Shown piece by piece: positions 62,838-64,000 of a DNA stretch of 64,000 bases (its first letter is position 1; each line of letters opens with the position of its first letter). A program made the translations under genes and the position numbers. A model generated the notes under the pieces. The model had not been told where the DNA came from. It made no database searches and saw nothing but the letters and a program-made list of their open reading frames with translations. This DNA is from Squalus acanthias (taxonomy: Eukaryota), in the NCBI GenBank assembly GCA_030390025.1, contig CM059432.1, positions 31,374,001-31,438,000 of the forward strand. Reading direction: 5' to 3'.

Positions 62838-63141
62838 CTAAAATTTTTCTAACATATGGGGGGAATATTTGTACCAAAGTTGGATGTGTATGTAAATATA
62901 TTGTTCACTCTGTTAGGATTTATTTTGATGTGGTAAGAACCAGTTTTGTTTGTTAATGAATTGTTGTGTTTGTTTGTTATTGGTTGCGCTTAATAAGACA
63001 CAGTTGTTCAGAAAAATAAAAATTTTTATTGAAAAGTTACAAATTTCCTCATGTTACTCATTGGAACTTTGGTAATAGGGTCTGTGGGATGGTTGTGATG
63101 ATGTGCTTGTTGATTCCCAAAGCCATCTTCTCTGTCATTCA

Positions 63142-64000
63142 TCAGAAGCGCTGTCTTATGAGGCATTCACGAACGGCCCTTGCAGAAGCAACATTGAGCA
63201 CCTCCCTCCCACGTTATTGCTGCTCTTCCTCATCTTCATCCACCTCCTCCGCATCCTCCTTCTCCTCCTCTCCCTCTTCCTCCTCCTGAGGTGGTCCACC
63301 AGTCCCTGGTGGCAATGGCTGGGTCCTCAGAATTGCGAGGTTGTGAAGCATGCAGCACACAACAATGAAAACCGATATTCGATTGGGGGAGTACTGCAGG
63401 GCTCCTCCAGAGTGGTCAAGACACCGGAACCTTTGCTTCAACACACCGATCGTCTGTTCAATGAGGTTCCTAGTGGTGCTATGGCTCTCATTGTATGCGA
63501 GCTCAGCAGAAGTGTTGGGGTTACGGAGCGGTGTCATCAGCCAGGTGCAGAGTGGATAACCCTTGTCCCCGAGGAGACAGCCACGAGGTTGATGCGGTGG
63601 TTGGAACAGCTCTGGGACACCAGTCTGGCGCAGGATGAAAGCATCGTGGCTGCTGCCAGGATAGCGGGCATTGACAGCGAGGATGTGCTGTCTGTGATCA
63701 CACACCAACTGGACGTTCAGAGAGTGGAAGCTTTTGCGGTTGCGGAAAACCTCTGCATGTTCAAGAGGTGCCCGCAATGCCACATGCGTGCAGTCAATGG
63801 CGCCCTGAACGATGGGGAAGCCCGCGATCCTAGCGAAGCCACATGCGCGTTCACGCTGTTTGTCCCGGGTCATGGGGAATGAGATGTACTCCCTTCTCCT
63901 TTTGTAGAGAGCATTTGTGACCTCCCGGATGCAACAATGGACAGAAAACTAGGAGATGTTCGCAATATCCCCTGTTGAAGCCTGGAAGGAGCCGCTGGCA
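63142..64000 (-). pseudogene. Harbinger DDE transposase (HARBI1-family), 5' part outside window
   Basis: GAIDCTHV, NRKSFHSLNVQLVCD, PGSSHDAFIL, GDKGY, IEQTIGVLKQRFRCL; premature stops near 63950 and at 63214-63216; the natural end is probably ...LIRQRF* at 63142. Confidence 0.95.

Larger units (their letters stand above)
61223..64000. mobile_element. PIF/Harbinger transposon (right end beyond window)
   Basis: TIR GGGGGAAAAATTCGG, GGCGCTAA repeats, convergent Myb and transposase genes. Confidence 0.92.

Noticed and set aside
63214..63873. Domesticated HARBI1 host gene
   Set aside because: It lies inside an element with a TIR and a Myb partner and has premature stops, so it is a transposon copy.
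63103..63882. 259-aa plus-strand ORF
   Set aside because: It is antisense to the Harbinger transposase.
1..64000. CRISPR arrays, operons or prokaryotic defence systems
   Set aside because: The sequence is eukaryotic, the short repeats are LINE tail microsatellites, and the RTs are retrotransposon type.

Overview
Eukaryotic, transposon-dominated genomic DNA, most likely from a cartilaginous fish (shark). That assignment is inferred from the repeat mix (abundant CR1 LINEs, Deu-domain tRNA SINEs, L2, RTE, Penelope-like elements, GC-rich Harbinger MITEs); the species cannot be determined. I could not identify a host protein-coding gene, and essentially all long ORFs are transposon-derived and disrupted. 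Main content: (i) at least five PIF/Harbinger elements or derivatives, three of which show a convergent DDE transposase plus a three-exon Myb/SANT gene, and several Harbinger-type MITEs with 3-bp target duplications; (ii) many CR1 LINEs, two with an esterase-type ORF1, often nested inside other elements; (iii) one near full-length RTE LINE, L2 fragments and a probable Vingi 3' fragment; (iv) Penelope-like elements carrying minimal hammerhead ribozyme motifs; (v) three different solo LTRs with TG...CA ends and target duplications; (vi) a hAT MITE, DeuSINE (SacSINE1-like) copies and an LF-SINE-like copy. A few repeat-free AT-rich islands could be conserved non-coding elements. I found no clearly unprecedented system; the most interesting items are the ribozyme motifs, the Harbinger Myb/transposase architecture and some unusual insertion junctions. 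Family names come from remembered motifs, not database searches, and boundaries without a TSD are approximate.
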